Assembly (NCBI GenBank): GCA_964517975.1
Contig: CAZFDM010000301.1
Span: 1-53,736, forward strand
DNA from: an uncultured Syntrophaceae bacterium
GTDB lineage: Bacteria > Desulfobacterota > BSN033 > UBA1163
Direction of reading: 5' to 3'
Length of the DNA: 53,736 nt
Shown here: positions 29,921 to 39,963 of the stretch, piece by piece
Position numbering within the stretch: position 1 is the stretch's first letter
How the letters are laid out: the number at the start of each line of letters is the position of its first letter
Made by a program: the position numbers and the translations under genes
The notes under the pieces: model-generated
What the model was told of the DNA's origin: nothing
The model's input: only the letters and a program-made list of their open reading frames with translations
The model's database searches: none

Positions 29921-30598
29921 CTAAAATTCTTCCTCTAAATTTTTTCGTATCATTTTTCTTCCTATTTCATTAAAAAAGGAGGCCATCTCTTTTCCATTGA
30001 CCTCTCTTAACAATTTTAGCCCTTTTATATCCTCCAGTGGGTCGAGAAATCTTCCCTGAATAATATAATGGATTCCCTTCAAACCAAATTTCTTTTCAAC
30101 TTTCATGACGAGGTCGTCCATAGAGAAATGAACAAACTCCTTCAAAATAAAGTAAACATCCACATAATCTTTTATATCCCTTCTGTCAGAAAGGGTGAGT
30201 AATTTGTTGGTTAGGATATCTATAAGACTATCCACATTTATTCCTTCGATGGCCTTAAATATCTCAAGCCTTTTGAATGGGTAAGGAGTAAATTCTACTC
30301 TCAATAACCCGCTGTCTTCAAAACGAATAAAGAAGATCCGACGATCAAACTTCCTTTCAAAACTAAAGGTGTCTATTCTTGGGATCGATTTTAATAGGGA
30401 TGCAATGGTTTCTGTTCTCACTTCCTCACCCTCTGTGAAAAAATCAAGATCTTCTGATAAACGGTGTCCAAGATAAAAAGCGGAGAGGGCTGTGCCCCCT
30501 GTGAGATAGAAATGTTCAGAATCTTTCCATTTAGCAAACTCATGGAGAAAGTACTTTTGATGCTTTGTAAGAAAAGGATTATCCTTTATTTTTTTCAT
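29921..30598 (-). CDS. AbiEii/AbiGii nucleotidyltransferase toxin
   Basis: FYLTGGTAL..FYLGHRLSEDLDFF, NKL...R..IKDYVD; likely start MKKIKD at 30598. Confidence 0.85.
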   Translation of the reverse strand: MKKIKDNPFLTKHQKYFLHEFAKWKDSEHFYLTGGTALSAFYLGHRLSEDLDFFTEGEEVRTETIASLLKSIPRIDTFSFERKFDRRIFFIRFEDSGLLRVEFTPYPFKRLEIFKAIEGINVDSLIDILTNKLLTLSDRRDIKDYVDVYFILKEFVHFSMDDLVMKVEKKFGLKGIHYIIQGRFLDPLEDIKGLKLLREVNGKEMASFFNEIGRKMIRKNLEEEF

Positions 30599-30815
30599 TC
30601 CTTTCCTCCCATGCCTTTTTGTACTCTTCAATAAGAATCTTTGTGGGGTGATCTACCCTGAGTCGCTCAATATTTTTCCAAAGCGCCATGACAGTCTCTC
30701 TATCCCTCCCAAACATAGGAAAGAAGTCAGCGATCCTCTGTAGCCGCCACAGAGGATCATCTGGTGGTTGCTCGTAATCCCATAAGAGTTCTCTCGGAAT
30801 GTTGATAGGTTCCAT
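30579..30815 (-). CDS. Small putative antitoxin
   Basis: 78 aa, LLWDY motif, GGGAGGAG ribosome-binding site, overlaps the toxin start. Confidence 0.65.
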   Translation of the reverse strand: MEPINIPRELLWDYEQPPDDPLWRLQRIADFFPMFGRDRETVMALWKNIERLRVDHPTKILIEEYKKAWEERNEKNKG

Positions 30816-31163
30816 TCTCCTCCCTTTTCCTCTTTTTTACTGGAGGGATGAAGTTAAAGTGATAGAGTATTGGCGGTCATTATATCAAATTCCCTCACTT
30901 GAGGTTAATAAAAATTTTTGTGGTGGAACTATTTTTTGCCTCATGTTAGGAGGTTGGAGGATGTGCCCCTTTGTTTTTGATCTGGGTTTTGTTCCTAAGA
31001 GATGAAAGAGATTGGTCAAAAATAGGGGCCCTCTCTACGTTCCTATTTTATTATTTTAACCTATTTTAAGAGTTTTGTGAGCAAACCTGGATGGGATGGG
31101 GAGGGCATATCGGTATTTATTTTTCTTGAAAAAAAATGAACCTCGTGGTAATTTTGTTTTGAG

Positions 31164-31847
31164 ATGATTCAGTTATCTCATGTTTACAAGGTCTATCCCA
31201 CACAGATTGAGGCTCTTTCTGATGTCAGTTTGGAGATATCGGATGGAGAATTCACCTATATCTATGGGGCAAGCAGTTCCGGGAGGACAACTCTGATCCG
31301 CATTCTTTATGGTGCGGAAAAACCGACCCGTGGGGAAGTGGTCGTTAATGGAATGAATATCACCGCAAAGGGTTTCAATAAGATTCACCTACTTCGAAGA
31401 TCGATGGGAATTGTCTTTCAGGACTTTAAATTGCTAAAGGATCGGACTGTAAGCGAAAACATTTCATTTGCCTTAGAGGTAACCGCCTACCAAAAGCAGG
31501 AGATCAGAAAGAAGGTTTCAGAGGTGTTGGAGAAGGTGGGGCTCCAACAAAGGGAGAGAGATCCTATCCTTGCTCTTTCTGCAGGAGAACAACAACGGGT
31601 AGCCATTGCCCGAGCCTTGATCAATGATCCCCCTCTCCTTTTGGCTGATGAACCCACGGAGAATCTGGACGACCAGATGACCGATGATGTAATGAAAATT
31701 TTCTCTGATCTTAATCAAAAAGGAACAACCATCGTTTTTGCCACCCATAACAAGGAATTGATTCAACGCTATCCCCACAGGGTCATCTACCTCTCAGGCG
31801 GGAGGAGGGTTGATGTCAAGATAGATGAGGTAAGAGCAGGGGAATGA
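31164..31847 (+). CDS. ftsE: Cell division ATP-binding protein FtsE (degenerate motifs)
   Basis: [23 protein letters not shown]; precedes ftsX. Confidence 0.88.
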   Translation: MIQLSHVYKVYPTQIEALSDVSLEISDGEFTYIYGASSSGRTTLIRILYGAEKPTRGEVVVNGMNITAKGFNKIHLLRRSMGIVFQDFKLLKDRTVSENISFALEVTAYQKQEIRKKVSEVLEKVGLQQRERDPILALSAGEQQRVAIARALINDPPLLLADEPTENLDDQMTDDVMKIFSDLNQKGTTIVFATHNKELIQRYPHRVIYLSGGRRVDVKIDEVRAGE

Positions 31848-32746
31848 AATACTTTGTCTGGCATGTGGTAAGACGGGCCTTTCTAAACATCAAAGGAAAT
31901 CTATATCCCAACCTCAGCACAGTGGGTATCATTGCGATCTCCATGCTCGTCTTCTCATCCTTCACACTGATCGCTATTAACCTCTCCTCATTTCTTAAAC
32001 TCTGGGAAGAAAAGATTGAGATTATGGCTTACCTCAAAAGGGAAACTCCCATTCAGGAGGTGGAGACCCTATTAAATAAAATACGCCTACTCGAAGGGGT
32101 TGAGAGTGTGAGATACATTTCTCCCTTCGATGCCTTGGCTTTTATGGAATCGAAGTTGGGGGGACAAAAAGACCTCTTAAAAGGAATTCAGGCTTGGATC
32201 CTTCCTCCCTCTTTCGAAATTGAATTGAAGAAGGAATACCGAAATTCTACAGGGATCAAAGGAGTGGTCTCACAGTTAAAGAAATTCCCTCAATTTGAGG
32301 AGATCCAGTTTGGACAGGAATGGGTGGATACTTTTTCTGCCTTGGTCCATTTACTGAATCTGACTCAATGGATTTTAGGAGGGCTTCTGCTCCTCGCCAT
32401 GATCTTCATTATCTCCAACACCCTTCAACTCACCATTTCTGCCCGTCGAGAGGAGATTGAGATCATGCGCATCGTTGGAGCCCGCCCTTCCTTCATCCAT
32501 ATTCCCATCTATATCGAAGGCCTTCTTCAGGGGCTCTTTGGAGCAGGGCTGGCCGTCCTATTCCTTTATCTATTGCAAGAGATCATGCTACTCCATCTCC
32601 CCTCCCCTATTCAAGTGTGGACGGCAAAAGTTCCCATCCATTTCCTGCCACCTGAGGTTATACTCCAAATCTTATTGGGAGGGATGTGTTTAGGCCTTTT
32701 TGGTAGTTTCATTGCCTCGATGAAGTTTTTGAGATTTGGTGAGTGA
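31844..32746 (+). CDS. ftsX: Cell division permease FtsX
   Basis: 4-TM layout, ISNT.....RREEIEIM..VGA, IEG. Confidence 0.9.
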   Translation: MKYFVWHVVRRAFLNIKGNLYPNLSTVGIIAISMLVFSSFTLIAINLSSFLKLWEEKIEIMAYLKRETPIQEVETLLNKIRLLEGVESVRYISPFDALAFMESKLGGQKDLLKGIQAWILPPSFEIELKKEYRNSTGIKGVVSQLKKFPQFEEIQFGQEWVDTFSALVHLLNLTQWILGGLLLLAMIFIISNTLQLTISARREEIEIMRIVGARPSFIHIPIYIEGLLQGLFGAGLAVLFLYLLQEIMLLHLPSPIQVWTAKVPIHFLPPEVILQILLGGMCLGLFGSFIASMKFLRFGE

Positions 32747-32753
32747 GAGTTCG

Positions 32754-33959
32754 ATGCGCCAATGGAGTAAGATTCTTGGTTTATGTATGATATTAGGATG
32801 GTTCTCATTCATTGACCCTATCGGTCTTTGGGCCGGAAGACCCGATCAGATTGAGAAGGATCTTATAGAAAAGAAAAAGAGCCTTAAAGATGTTAAGAAA
32901 GAGATTGTCCTAACCAAGGAGAAGGAGAAGAAGCTCCTCGGAAAGGAAACCTCGATCCTTGAAAACCTTCAAACCTTAGACTCTCAGCTTTATCTAAAGG
33001 GGAAAGAGTTGAAGAAGTTGGAGATGGAATTGGCTCAAACTAAGGAAAGATTGAAACAAACCAAAGCCCAGATTGCAAACCTGAGCAAAGGATTGGAAAA
33101 GACAAGAGGAGACCTCTTTTTGAGGTTAAATGCCCTTTATAAGATGGAGAGGGTTCTTCCTGAGGTTCTCCTTCTTCCATTGGAGTCCTATCATGACCTG
33201 CTAAGGGTCGATAAATACTTAAAGATCATTATTCATTTTGACCACCGGCTAATTGAAACTTACCGATATCAAATGGCCTTGAAGGAAAGGTACCAAGAAG
33301 AGTTAGTTCAGGATCAGCTCCAATGGAAGAAAAATATTTTTGAAGTGGAGAGAAAGAAAGAGGAGATCAAGAAGGTCAAAAAAGAGAAGCAGGAGCTTTT
33401 GAAATCGATTCAAAATCAAAAATTGGTCTATCAGAAATTGGTACGAGAGCTGGAGGAGAGGGCTAAGGAGCTTCAATCACTCGTGGATAAACTGGAACGG
33501 GAGAGAAGCCTTCTCGCTTATGGAAAAACTAAGATTGAACCCCTTCGGGGAAAATTGATTCCTCCTGTTCAGGGAAAAGTAATCAGCCTTTTCAAAGAGA
33601 GAGGGCAAAATGGGATTGAGATTAAAGCCCCGATAGGGGCTGAGGTTAGGGCCGTTCTACCCGGGAAGGTCCTCTATGCGGATTGGTTTAAAGGATTTGG
33701 AAATCTCATCATCATTGACCACGGAGACCACACCTTCACCGTTTCAGGTTACTGTTCAGAATTGTTGAAGAAACCAGGAGATATCGTTTCTCAGGGTGAA
33801 ACGATTGCTCTGGTAGGAAGTGCTGGGTCGTTAAAAGGGCCATGCCTCTATTTTGAGATCCGTCATCAAGGGAAGCCACAGGATCCCTTGCATTGGATCT
33901 CACAATTGGATAAAGTTGTATTATTACCCCAAAGTAAGAGCCCAGGGGAAAAGGAATAA
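32754..33959 (+). CDS. envC: EnvC-like coiled-coil/M23 murein hydrolase activator
   Basis: Signal peptide, long coiled coil, degenerate M23 (NGIEI, LYFEIR). Confidence 0.85.
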   Translation: MRQWSKILGLCMILGWFSFIDPIGLWAGRPDQIEKDLIEKKKSLKDVKKEIVLTKEKEKKLLGKETSILENLQTLDSQLYLKGKELKKLEMELAQTKERLKQTKAQIANLSKGLEKTRGDLFLRLNALYKMERVLPEVLLLPLESYHDLLRVDKYLKIIIHFDHRLIETYRYQMALKERYQEELVQDQLQWKKNIFEVERKKEEIKKVKKEKQELLKSIQNQKLVYQKLVRELEERAKELQSLVDKLERERSLLAYGKTKIEPLRGKLIPPVQGKVISLFKERGQNGIEIKAPIGAEVRAVLPGKVLYADWFKGFGNLIIIDHGDHTFTVSGYCSELLKKPGDIVSQGETIALVGSAGSLKGPCLYFEIRHQGKPQDPLHWISQLDKVVLLPQSKSPGEKE

Positions 33960-33977
33960 TCACCAAAGGAGGTTGAG

Positions 33978-35315
33978 ATGGTTCCAAATAAAAGGATGTT
34001 TAAGCTCGGTTTAATCATCTTTCTGGTCTTCCTTCTTGGAGTGGTGATTGGGATGAGCCGTTCCCATAAGGTTTCAGCCCTCTCCAATAGTATGTATGAA
34101 GACCTAAAGGTATTTACAGATGTTCTCGGTCTCCTTCAGAAGGAATATGTAGAGGAAACGAATTCAAAAGACCTGATCTATGGGGCCATTAAAGGAATGT
34201 TGGAGACGCTTGACCCCCATTCTGCCTTTATGCCTCCCAATATGTATAAGGAGATGCAGGAAGAGACAAAAGGTCGATTTGAGGGACTGGGAATCGAGAT
34301 CACGATAAAAGAGGGCATCTTGACGGTTGTCTCTCCCATTGAGGATACGCCAGCCTTTAAGGCAGGCATCCAGGCAGGAGACCAGATTATTAGAATTAAT
34401 GATGAACCAACGAAGAATTTAACTCTTATGGAGAGTGTTAAGCGATTAAGAGGCCCCAAAGGCACCAAGGTGACCCTCACCATTATGAGGGAGGGGTTCA
34501 CAAAACCCAGGGAGTTCACTCTGATTCGTGATGTGATCCCCATTCGAAGTGTCCGCTATGAACTTTTGGAAAAACATTATGGTTACATTCGAATCTCCCA
34601 ATTCCAGGAGAAGACAGATGGTGAGTTTGAAAAGGCAATAAAAACCTTAGAGGAACAGAGTAAAGGGACGCTCAAAGGTCTCATTCTCGATATCCGGAAT
34701 AATCCAGGAGGTCTTTTGGATCAGGCAGTCAAGATTGCCAATCGATTCATTGATTCAGGGGTCATTGTTTCGATGCAGGGAAGGAAGGAAGATCAGAAGA
34801 TGAAATTCAACGCACACCCCGATGGAAAATTGAGCCGTTATCCGTTGGTCGTGTTGGTCAATAGCGGAAGTGCCAGCGGTGCCGAGATCGTTGCAGGAGC
34901 CATTCAGGATCATGCTCGTGGAATTATCATAGGGACTCAAACTTTCGGCAAAGGATCAGTACAAACGATTTTCCCTTTGAAAGACGGATCTGGACTACGT
35001 TTAACCACTGCAAGATATTACACACCCAATGGTCGATCTATTCAGGCTAAGGGAATTGTACCTGACATTATTGTCAAGCCCTCCCAGGCTGAAGAGGAAA
35101 AGGCAATCGTTCCAAGACACCCAACAGAAAAAGACTTAGAGAGGCACCTCAACGATACAGAAAAAGGGATCACAAAGGAGAAAGAGAAGCCGAAGAAGGA
35201 GGATATGAAGAGGGAGGAGGCGAAGGAGAAGAAACCTTTGGATAATCAATTAGAGCGGGCCCTTGAACTGCTCAAGAGTTGGGAGATATTTAAGAACATA
35301 GCCAAAGGGAAATAG
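33978..35315 (+). CDS. ctpA: S41 carboxyl-terminal processing protease
   Basis: LDPHS, PDZ, DIRNNPGG, SASGAEI, TFGKGSVQ. Confidence 0.93.
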   Translation: MVPNKRMFKLGLIIFLVFLLGVVIGMSRSHKVSALSNSMYEDLKVFTDVLGLLQKEYVEETNSKDLIYGAIKGMLETLDPHSAFMPPNMYKEMQEETKGRFEGLGIEITIKEGILTVVSPIEDTPAFKAGIQAGDQIIRINDEPTKNLTLMESVKRLRGPKGTKVTLTIMREGFTKPREFTLIRDVIPIRSVRYELLEKHYGYIRISQFQEKTDGEFEKAIKTLEEQSKGTLKGLILDIRNNPGGLLDQAVKIANRFIDSGVIVSMQGRKEDQKMKFNAHPDGKLSRYPLVVLVNSGSASGAEIVAGAIQDHARGIIIGTQTFGKGSVQTIFPLKDGSGLRLTTARYYTPNGRSIQAKGIVPDIIVKPSQAEEEKAIVPRHPTEKDLERHLNDTEKGITKEKEKPKKEDMKREEAKEKKPLDNQLERALELLKSWEIFKNIAKGK

Positions 35316-35329
35316 ACTTCATCCCATAG

Positions 35330-36475
35330 ATGGCAAACCCATCGGCACATTCCTTTAAGCGATTGACATTAAGGGGGTGGGTGGGTTATCTCCTTTCCTT
35401 CCTTCTGGGTATCTTTCTGAGTGTTGGCGGATATAGGTATTGGCTTCATGAGAGGTCCCTTCCTCAAGAAGTCTTTTCAGAAAATATCTACCTCATCGAT
35501 CAGATCATTTATAGCCAACTTTACGACATGAGCATCTCTAAGAAGGATGTTCTCCTTCATCAGACTTCTCTTAAAAAAGAGGGAAAATTTTCTTGGGAGC
35601 AATCCTTCTTAAAGATCAAACTTCCCAAACCCATCCCTTTTCCTTTGGTTGAAGGAAATTTTAGGAGGGGCCTTGGACACCTTGGAAGATCTGTTTCTCT
35701 TCATGTCTCCCATACAAAAGATTTACTCCAATTAGAAGTGAGCCTAAAGGGTCGAACGACCCATCAACTGACTTTTGTCCCTTCACAGACCACTGCTGTC
35801 AAAACAGGTTTACGGCCCAAGGTCGCTATTGTGATCGATGACCTCGGTTTAGACTACTCTATTTCAAAAGAACTTCTCCAATGGGACCTTCCTCTAACCC
35901 TTTCCATTCTACCTTTCACCCCTCATGCAAGAAGAATAGCCACCGAGGCCCATCAGAAGGGTAAGGAGGTGATCCTCCACCTTCCCATGGAACCTCAGGG
36001 CTATCCAGAGACCCAACCTGGTGAGGGAATGCTCCTTAAAGAGATGGATGAAGAGAGGCTTCTCCGCCAACTCTCCAGGGATATTGAGGAAGTCCCTTAC
36101 ATCAAGGGGGTAAGCAATCATATGGGTTCTCGATTGATGGAAGATCCTGAAAAGGTAAAGGTTATTCTTTCTGAATTAAAGCGGAGGGGCTTATACTTTC
36201 TCGATAGCCGAACGACACCTCAGACGGTTGGTTTAAAGGTGGCAAAATCAATTGGAATGAGGGCTGGGGAGAGAAACCTCTTCATCGATCATTCATTGAA
36301 TGAAGAAGACATTAGGCAGAAGATCGAGAGTTTAATCCAATTTTCTTTGGCCAACGGCAAGGCCATTGGAATTGCACATCCTCACCCCACTACCCTCAAA
36401 TCCCTCAAAGCGATGATCCCCAAACTAAAGGAAATGGGAATCGAACTTGTCCCCCTCTCGGTGTTGATGGAATAG
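35330..36475 (+). CDS. Divergent polysaccharide deacetylase (YibQ-like)
   Basis: IVIDDLG, HLPMEP, NHMGS, FLDSRT, IAHPH. Confidence 0.9.
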   Translation: MANPSAHSFKRLTLRGWVGYLLSFLLGIFLSVGGYRYWLHERSLPQEVFSENIYLIDQIIYSQLYDMSISKKDVLLHQTSLKKEGKFSWEQSFLKIKLPKPIPFPLVEGNFRRGLGHLGRSVSLHVSHTKDLLQLEVSLKGRTTHQLTFVPSQTTAVKTGLRPKVAIVIDDLGLDYSISKELLQWDLPLTLSILPFTPHARRIATEAHQKGKEVILHLPMEPQGYPETQPGEGMLLKEMDEERLLRQLSRDIEEVPYIKGVSNHMGSRLMEDPEKVKVILSELKRRGLYFLDSRTTPQTVGLKVAKSIGMRAGERNLFIDHSLNEEDIRQKIESLIQFSLANGKAIGIAHPHPTTLKSLKAMIPKLKEMGIELVPLSVLME

Positions 36476-36950
36476 GGAACAATGACCTCCAACTTCTTTC
36501 CAATACCCTTCCGATATCCATATCATGATTATTAACACCCCTTGACTTTTGTAAGTTAATTCATATGATAAGTAAAGGCAGATTAAATGAAGATTCATAT
36601 CCTCCGATCAATATTCGTCCCCAACAGGGCAACCGAGGCATGGAGATTGAAAACCCAAAATTGAGAGAGAAGGTAGAAATCATCATCCGAAACCTGCTTG
36701 ATAAGGAATTACCATGAGAGATCTAAGAAGAATGCGTGATCGATTCTTACAGGATGAAGGATCGATACGGTTGGGCCATTTAGCCTCAAACCTCTTACGC
36801 CTGAGTCAGTGGGTCTTGACTGACCCCCTCCTAAAAATATCAGGGCTTCTCGGCTCACAGGAATGAAAAAAACCAAGATGTTGGAGTCATAAAACCATGG
36901 AGCAATGTCCAGGGGTTAATGAGGATTCGTCAATTATCCATTTATAAAAA

Positions 36951-37412
36951 CTATGGAATGATATGGATAAGGGTAGTTACTTGATTGGACAATTGAGTCT
37001 TCCCATCCCGAAGGTATAGGACATAGCCTTTCAAGAGGTAGGAGCCGAACTGATTGGGTCGAATTTCAACCTCGATGATCCCTGGGTGCCCATATTTAAC
37101 ATTTGTTATTTTAAAACAGTATGGCCCATCCCCTGACATGTAAAAACAGGCTCTTTTAATCTCAGGTCTCCCCTCCGCTTCAAAATGAATGCTCACCATA
37201 AATGGCAGCCCCCTTTTGGTATCTCCCTCTAATGGGACATCCATCTTTAATAATCTCACTTCGCCAGGGGCAAGGGGGCGGGTTGGCGCTGTAGCGCAGG
37301 AAGAGATAGATAAGATGACCCCCAGTATAAGAACATTTATAACTATGACCTTCCTCATGGTTAATCTCACTGGAAATATTTTTATTTTATAAGGCATTTC
37401 ATTAAATGTCAA
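36951..37412 (-). CDS. Hypothetical lipoprotein
   Basis: Hydrophobic stretch ending ISSC (lipobox-like); true start probably the internal MRKVIV. Confidence 0.55.
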   Translation of the reverse strand: MTFNEMPYKIKIFPVRLTMRKVIVINVLILGVILSISSCATAPTRPLAPGEVRLLKMDVPLEGDTKRGLPFMVSIHFEAEGRPEIKRACFYMSGDGPYCFKITNVKYGHPGIIEVEIRPNQFGSYLLKGYVLYLRDGKTQLSNQVTTLIHIIP

Positions 37413-37446
37413 AAACCGAGACTGCTCCTTGATTTCCTACCTAAAA

Positions 37447-38457
37447 TCAATCGTAGATCTTTAGGATTTCATCTCTCGGAAGGGGGTTCAATTCCTTCAA
37501 GAATTTTCCCTCCTTTACTAAAACCCTTCCTGGTCCTTTCTTTATCTTACCGATGACCTGGATTGGAATTGAAACCTTTTTAAAAGCCCTATCAATTTTC
37601 ATAAGATCCGAGGGAGAGATGGTTAAAAGGAGTGCTCCTGAGGCGATAACTCCAAAGGGATTGAGTCCAAGGACACTACAGAGGACTCGTGATTCGTTGT
37701 AGATTAAAATCTTATTTAAATCAACCTCGATCTCTTTTTCAGAAGCCCAAGCCATTTCAATCAACCCATTGATCAAGCCCCCTTCTGTGGGGTCATGCAT
37801 CGAATGGATTGGAGAAGAGTTACAGGCGATTCGGGCTGGCAAAAGCACATCAATCCCCGGGTTGAAAATGAAATCCTTTGCCCGTTTAATGATAGAAGGG
37901 GAGATACCTTTCTTTAAAAGCTCAGCCTCCTTCTCCCTTGCGATGATCGAAGTGCCCTCAATACAGACCCCCTTGACCAAAAGGACCAGGTCCCCACGCC
38001 TTGCCCCTCCTGTGGTCACCAACCTATCCCTTTTTACCTCTCCAACCATATAACCCGATAGGATAGGCTTATCTAATCCGGGTGTGATCTCTGTATGTCC
38101 ACCGACGAAGGAGATATTGAACCGCTTGCAAGTCTCGTGGATCTGATAAAAGATCTTTTCGATCTTCTTTGGTTTTACTTCTTCTGGGAAGAGGAGGGTG
38201 GCCAAAAACCATTTCGGAATGGCACCTCTGGTTGCAATATCATTCATATTGACCACCACCCCGTAATATCCCATCTCTTCGGTTGTAAAGGTAATCGGAT
38301 CTGATGTGAGAACCCAATAGTGCCCAACCTCCTTCCCTAAGGAGAGGACTGCTGCATCCTCTCCGATTTTGGGGCCGACCACCACCTGTGAATCGAGAAT
38401 AGTATATTTATTTAGAAGCCTTTTTAAGAATTGGATTTCTAATTTCCCCGTTTTCAA
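37447..38457 (-). CDS. AIR synthase (HypE/PurM-like) family protein
   Basis: GEDAAV, SDPIT, NDIA, GGHTE, MHDPTEGG. Confidence 0.88.
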   Translation of the reverse strand: MKTGKLEIQFLKRLLNKYTILDSQVVVGPKIGEDAAVLSLGKEVGHYWVLTSDPITFTTEEMGYYGVVVNMNDIATRGAIPKWFLATLLFPEEVKPKKIEKIFYQIHETCKRFNISFVGGHTEITPGLDKPILSGYMVGEVKRDRLVTTGGARRGDLVLLVKGVCIEGTSIIAREKEAELLKKGISPSIIKRAKDFIFNPGIDVLLPARIACNSSPIHSMHDPTEGGLINGLIEMAWASEKEIEVDLNKILIYNESRVLCSVLGLNPFGVIASGALLLTISPSDLMKIDRAFKKVSIPIQVIGKIKKGPGRVLVKEGKFLKELNPLPRDEILKIYD

Positions 38458-38572
38458 TTTCTGCTCCTGATGGGTTTGATTAAATCAAATTTTTTTCAGA
38501 GATGCAAGAAATGAATGTGTGGTTTAAATTGGAAGAATATGAGAAAAGCAAAGGAATATGGATAAGGAGCGA

Positions 38573-38779
38573 TTAGGGTTTAAGAACCAATTCAATCTTG
38601 GGTGCATTTTTATCAATTTTTGTCCCAACCGAAGAGGAGCAATAGGCACAAAGATATTCATATTCATCTCCCTCCGGCAAAACCAAAAGCAATCTTTTTC
38701 TTACAGGGACCGCAGCCTTACACCTCGGGCAGTAGAGGGAGGTAGCCTCAAACTCCTCAAAACTCGAGTCTTGCATCAA
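38573..38779 (-). CDS. Small zinc-ribbon protein
   Basis: CPRC...CAYC. Confidence 0.65.
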   Translation of the reverse strand: MMQDSSFEEFEATSLYCPRCKAAVPVRKRLLLVLPEGDEYEYLCAYCSSSVGTKIDKNAPKIELVLKP

Positions 38780-38883
38780 ATAAATTATAAAAAAAAATTA
38801 AATTTGAGACAATAGGATATTGATTTTTCATTGAATACAATAATGGAAGGTGTTATAAAAAATAGATAAACGTGAATAATGAT

Positions 38884-39435
38884 ATGGGTAAAAAATTTAT
38901 TCCTCTCTTTTTTTTGATGATCATTACTGGGTTTCCCATTTGGGTCTCAGCACAGACCAAGGTGGAAGAACTTTTAAAAGGGATTAAAATTCAGGCCATG
39001 AAGGGGTTTCAAAAGGCACCTGAATTCCGTCTTGAAAATTTAGAGGGTAAGACCATTGAATTTAAAAGTTTTAAGGGAAAGGTAGTCTTTCTCAATTTTT
39101 GGGCAACCTGGTGCAGTCCCTGTAAGGAGGAGATGCCATCCATGGAGGTCCTTCATAAACAATTCAATGCTAAAGATTTCATCCTCCTTGCGGTCTCCGT
39201 TGAGAGTGTGGAGAAGAAGACTATAAAAGAATTTATTGAAAAAAGAAGTTATACCTTTCCTGTCTTAGTTGATCCAAAAGGGATGATGCTCGACCTTTAT
39301 GGAGTAAGGGCCATTCCAACCACCTTTATCATTGATAAAAAAGGGGTTATTTTAGGAAAGGCGATAGGACCGAGACAATGGGATACGCCTGAGGTGATCT
39401 CACTGATCCATCTTCTTATTGAAAAAAAGGGGTAA
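38884..39435 (+). CDS. TlpA/ResA-family thiol-disulfide oxidoreductase
   Basis: Signal peptide, LNFWATWCSPC..EMP, IPTT. Confidence 0.9.
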   Translation: MGKKFIPLFFLMIITGFPIWVSAQTKVEELLKGIKIQAMKGFQKAPEFRLENLEGKTIEFKSFKGKVVFLNFWATWCSPCKEEMPSMEVLHKQFNAKDFILLAVSVESVEKKTIKEFIEKRSYTFPVLVDPKGMMLDLYGVRAIPTTFIIDKKGVILGKAIGPRQWDTPEVISLIHLLIEKKG

Positions 39436-39586
39436 TAAAAATAAAAATTATCTCCACTTGGAAAAATTAAAAGAGGTGATATTGTTTTGACTTTTCGATT
39501 CCAAACCATTATAATCCTATCCGATTTTCAGGCGAAAAAAGACTAAGTTTCATGCAAGCCTATTTTAGGAGGTAAGGAGAGTTGAT

Positions 39587-39949
39587 ATGGGGATTAGAAT
39601 CGATCCAAAAAAATGTGTTTTATGTATGGCCTGTGAGATGGCCTGTGGGTACCATCGGGATGATGGTTTTGCCTTACTTTCGTCCTGTATCATGGTGACT
39701 CGGGGAAGGGAGAAGAAGGATTATTATGCTGTGGTGGTGAAGGAGGAGGAGAACTTAGTGATTGCCAGACCCGAGGGGTTGGAGGTTAGGAAACTTAGAT
39801 CCACTGGAGAGGATGATAAGGGCAGAGAAAAAGAGGATGCTTCAGCAAAACCTCTTCTGTTAAGAGAACCCTGCGACCTGTGTTCTGACAGAAAGGAAGG
39901 GCCCCTGTGCCTTCAATTCTGTCCCGTCAATGCAATCTATATGGAATAA
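39587..39949 (+). CDS. 4Fe-4S ferredoxin-like partner of the AOR-family protein
   Basis: CVLCMACEMAC, CDLC, CLQFCP. Confidence 0.8.
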   Translation: MGIRIDPKKCVLCMACEMACGYHRDDGFALLSSCIMVTRGREKKDYYAVVVKEEENLVIARPEGLEVRKLRSTGEDDKGREKEDASAKPLLLREPCDLCSDRKEGPLCLQFCPVNAIYME

Positions 39950-39963
39950 AGGAGAGATGAGAG

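Noticed and set aside
37447-38457. AIR-synthase-like genes (also 52686..53684) as SelD
   Set aside because: No N-terminal C/U-x-x-K SelD motif; no selA, selB or tRNA-Sec recognised in the window
38558-38815. 85-aa plus-strand ORF
   Set aside because: The opposite-strand CxxC...CxxC ORF is the more credible gene
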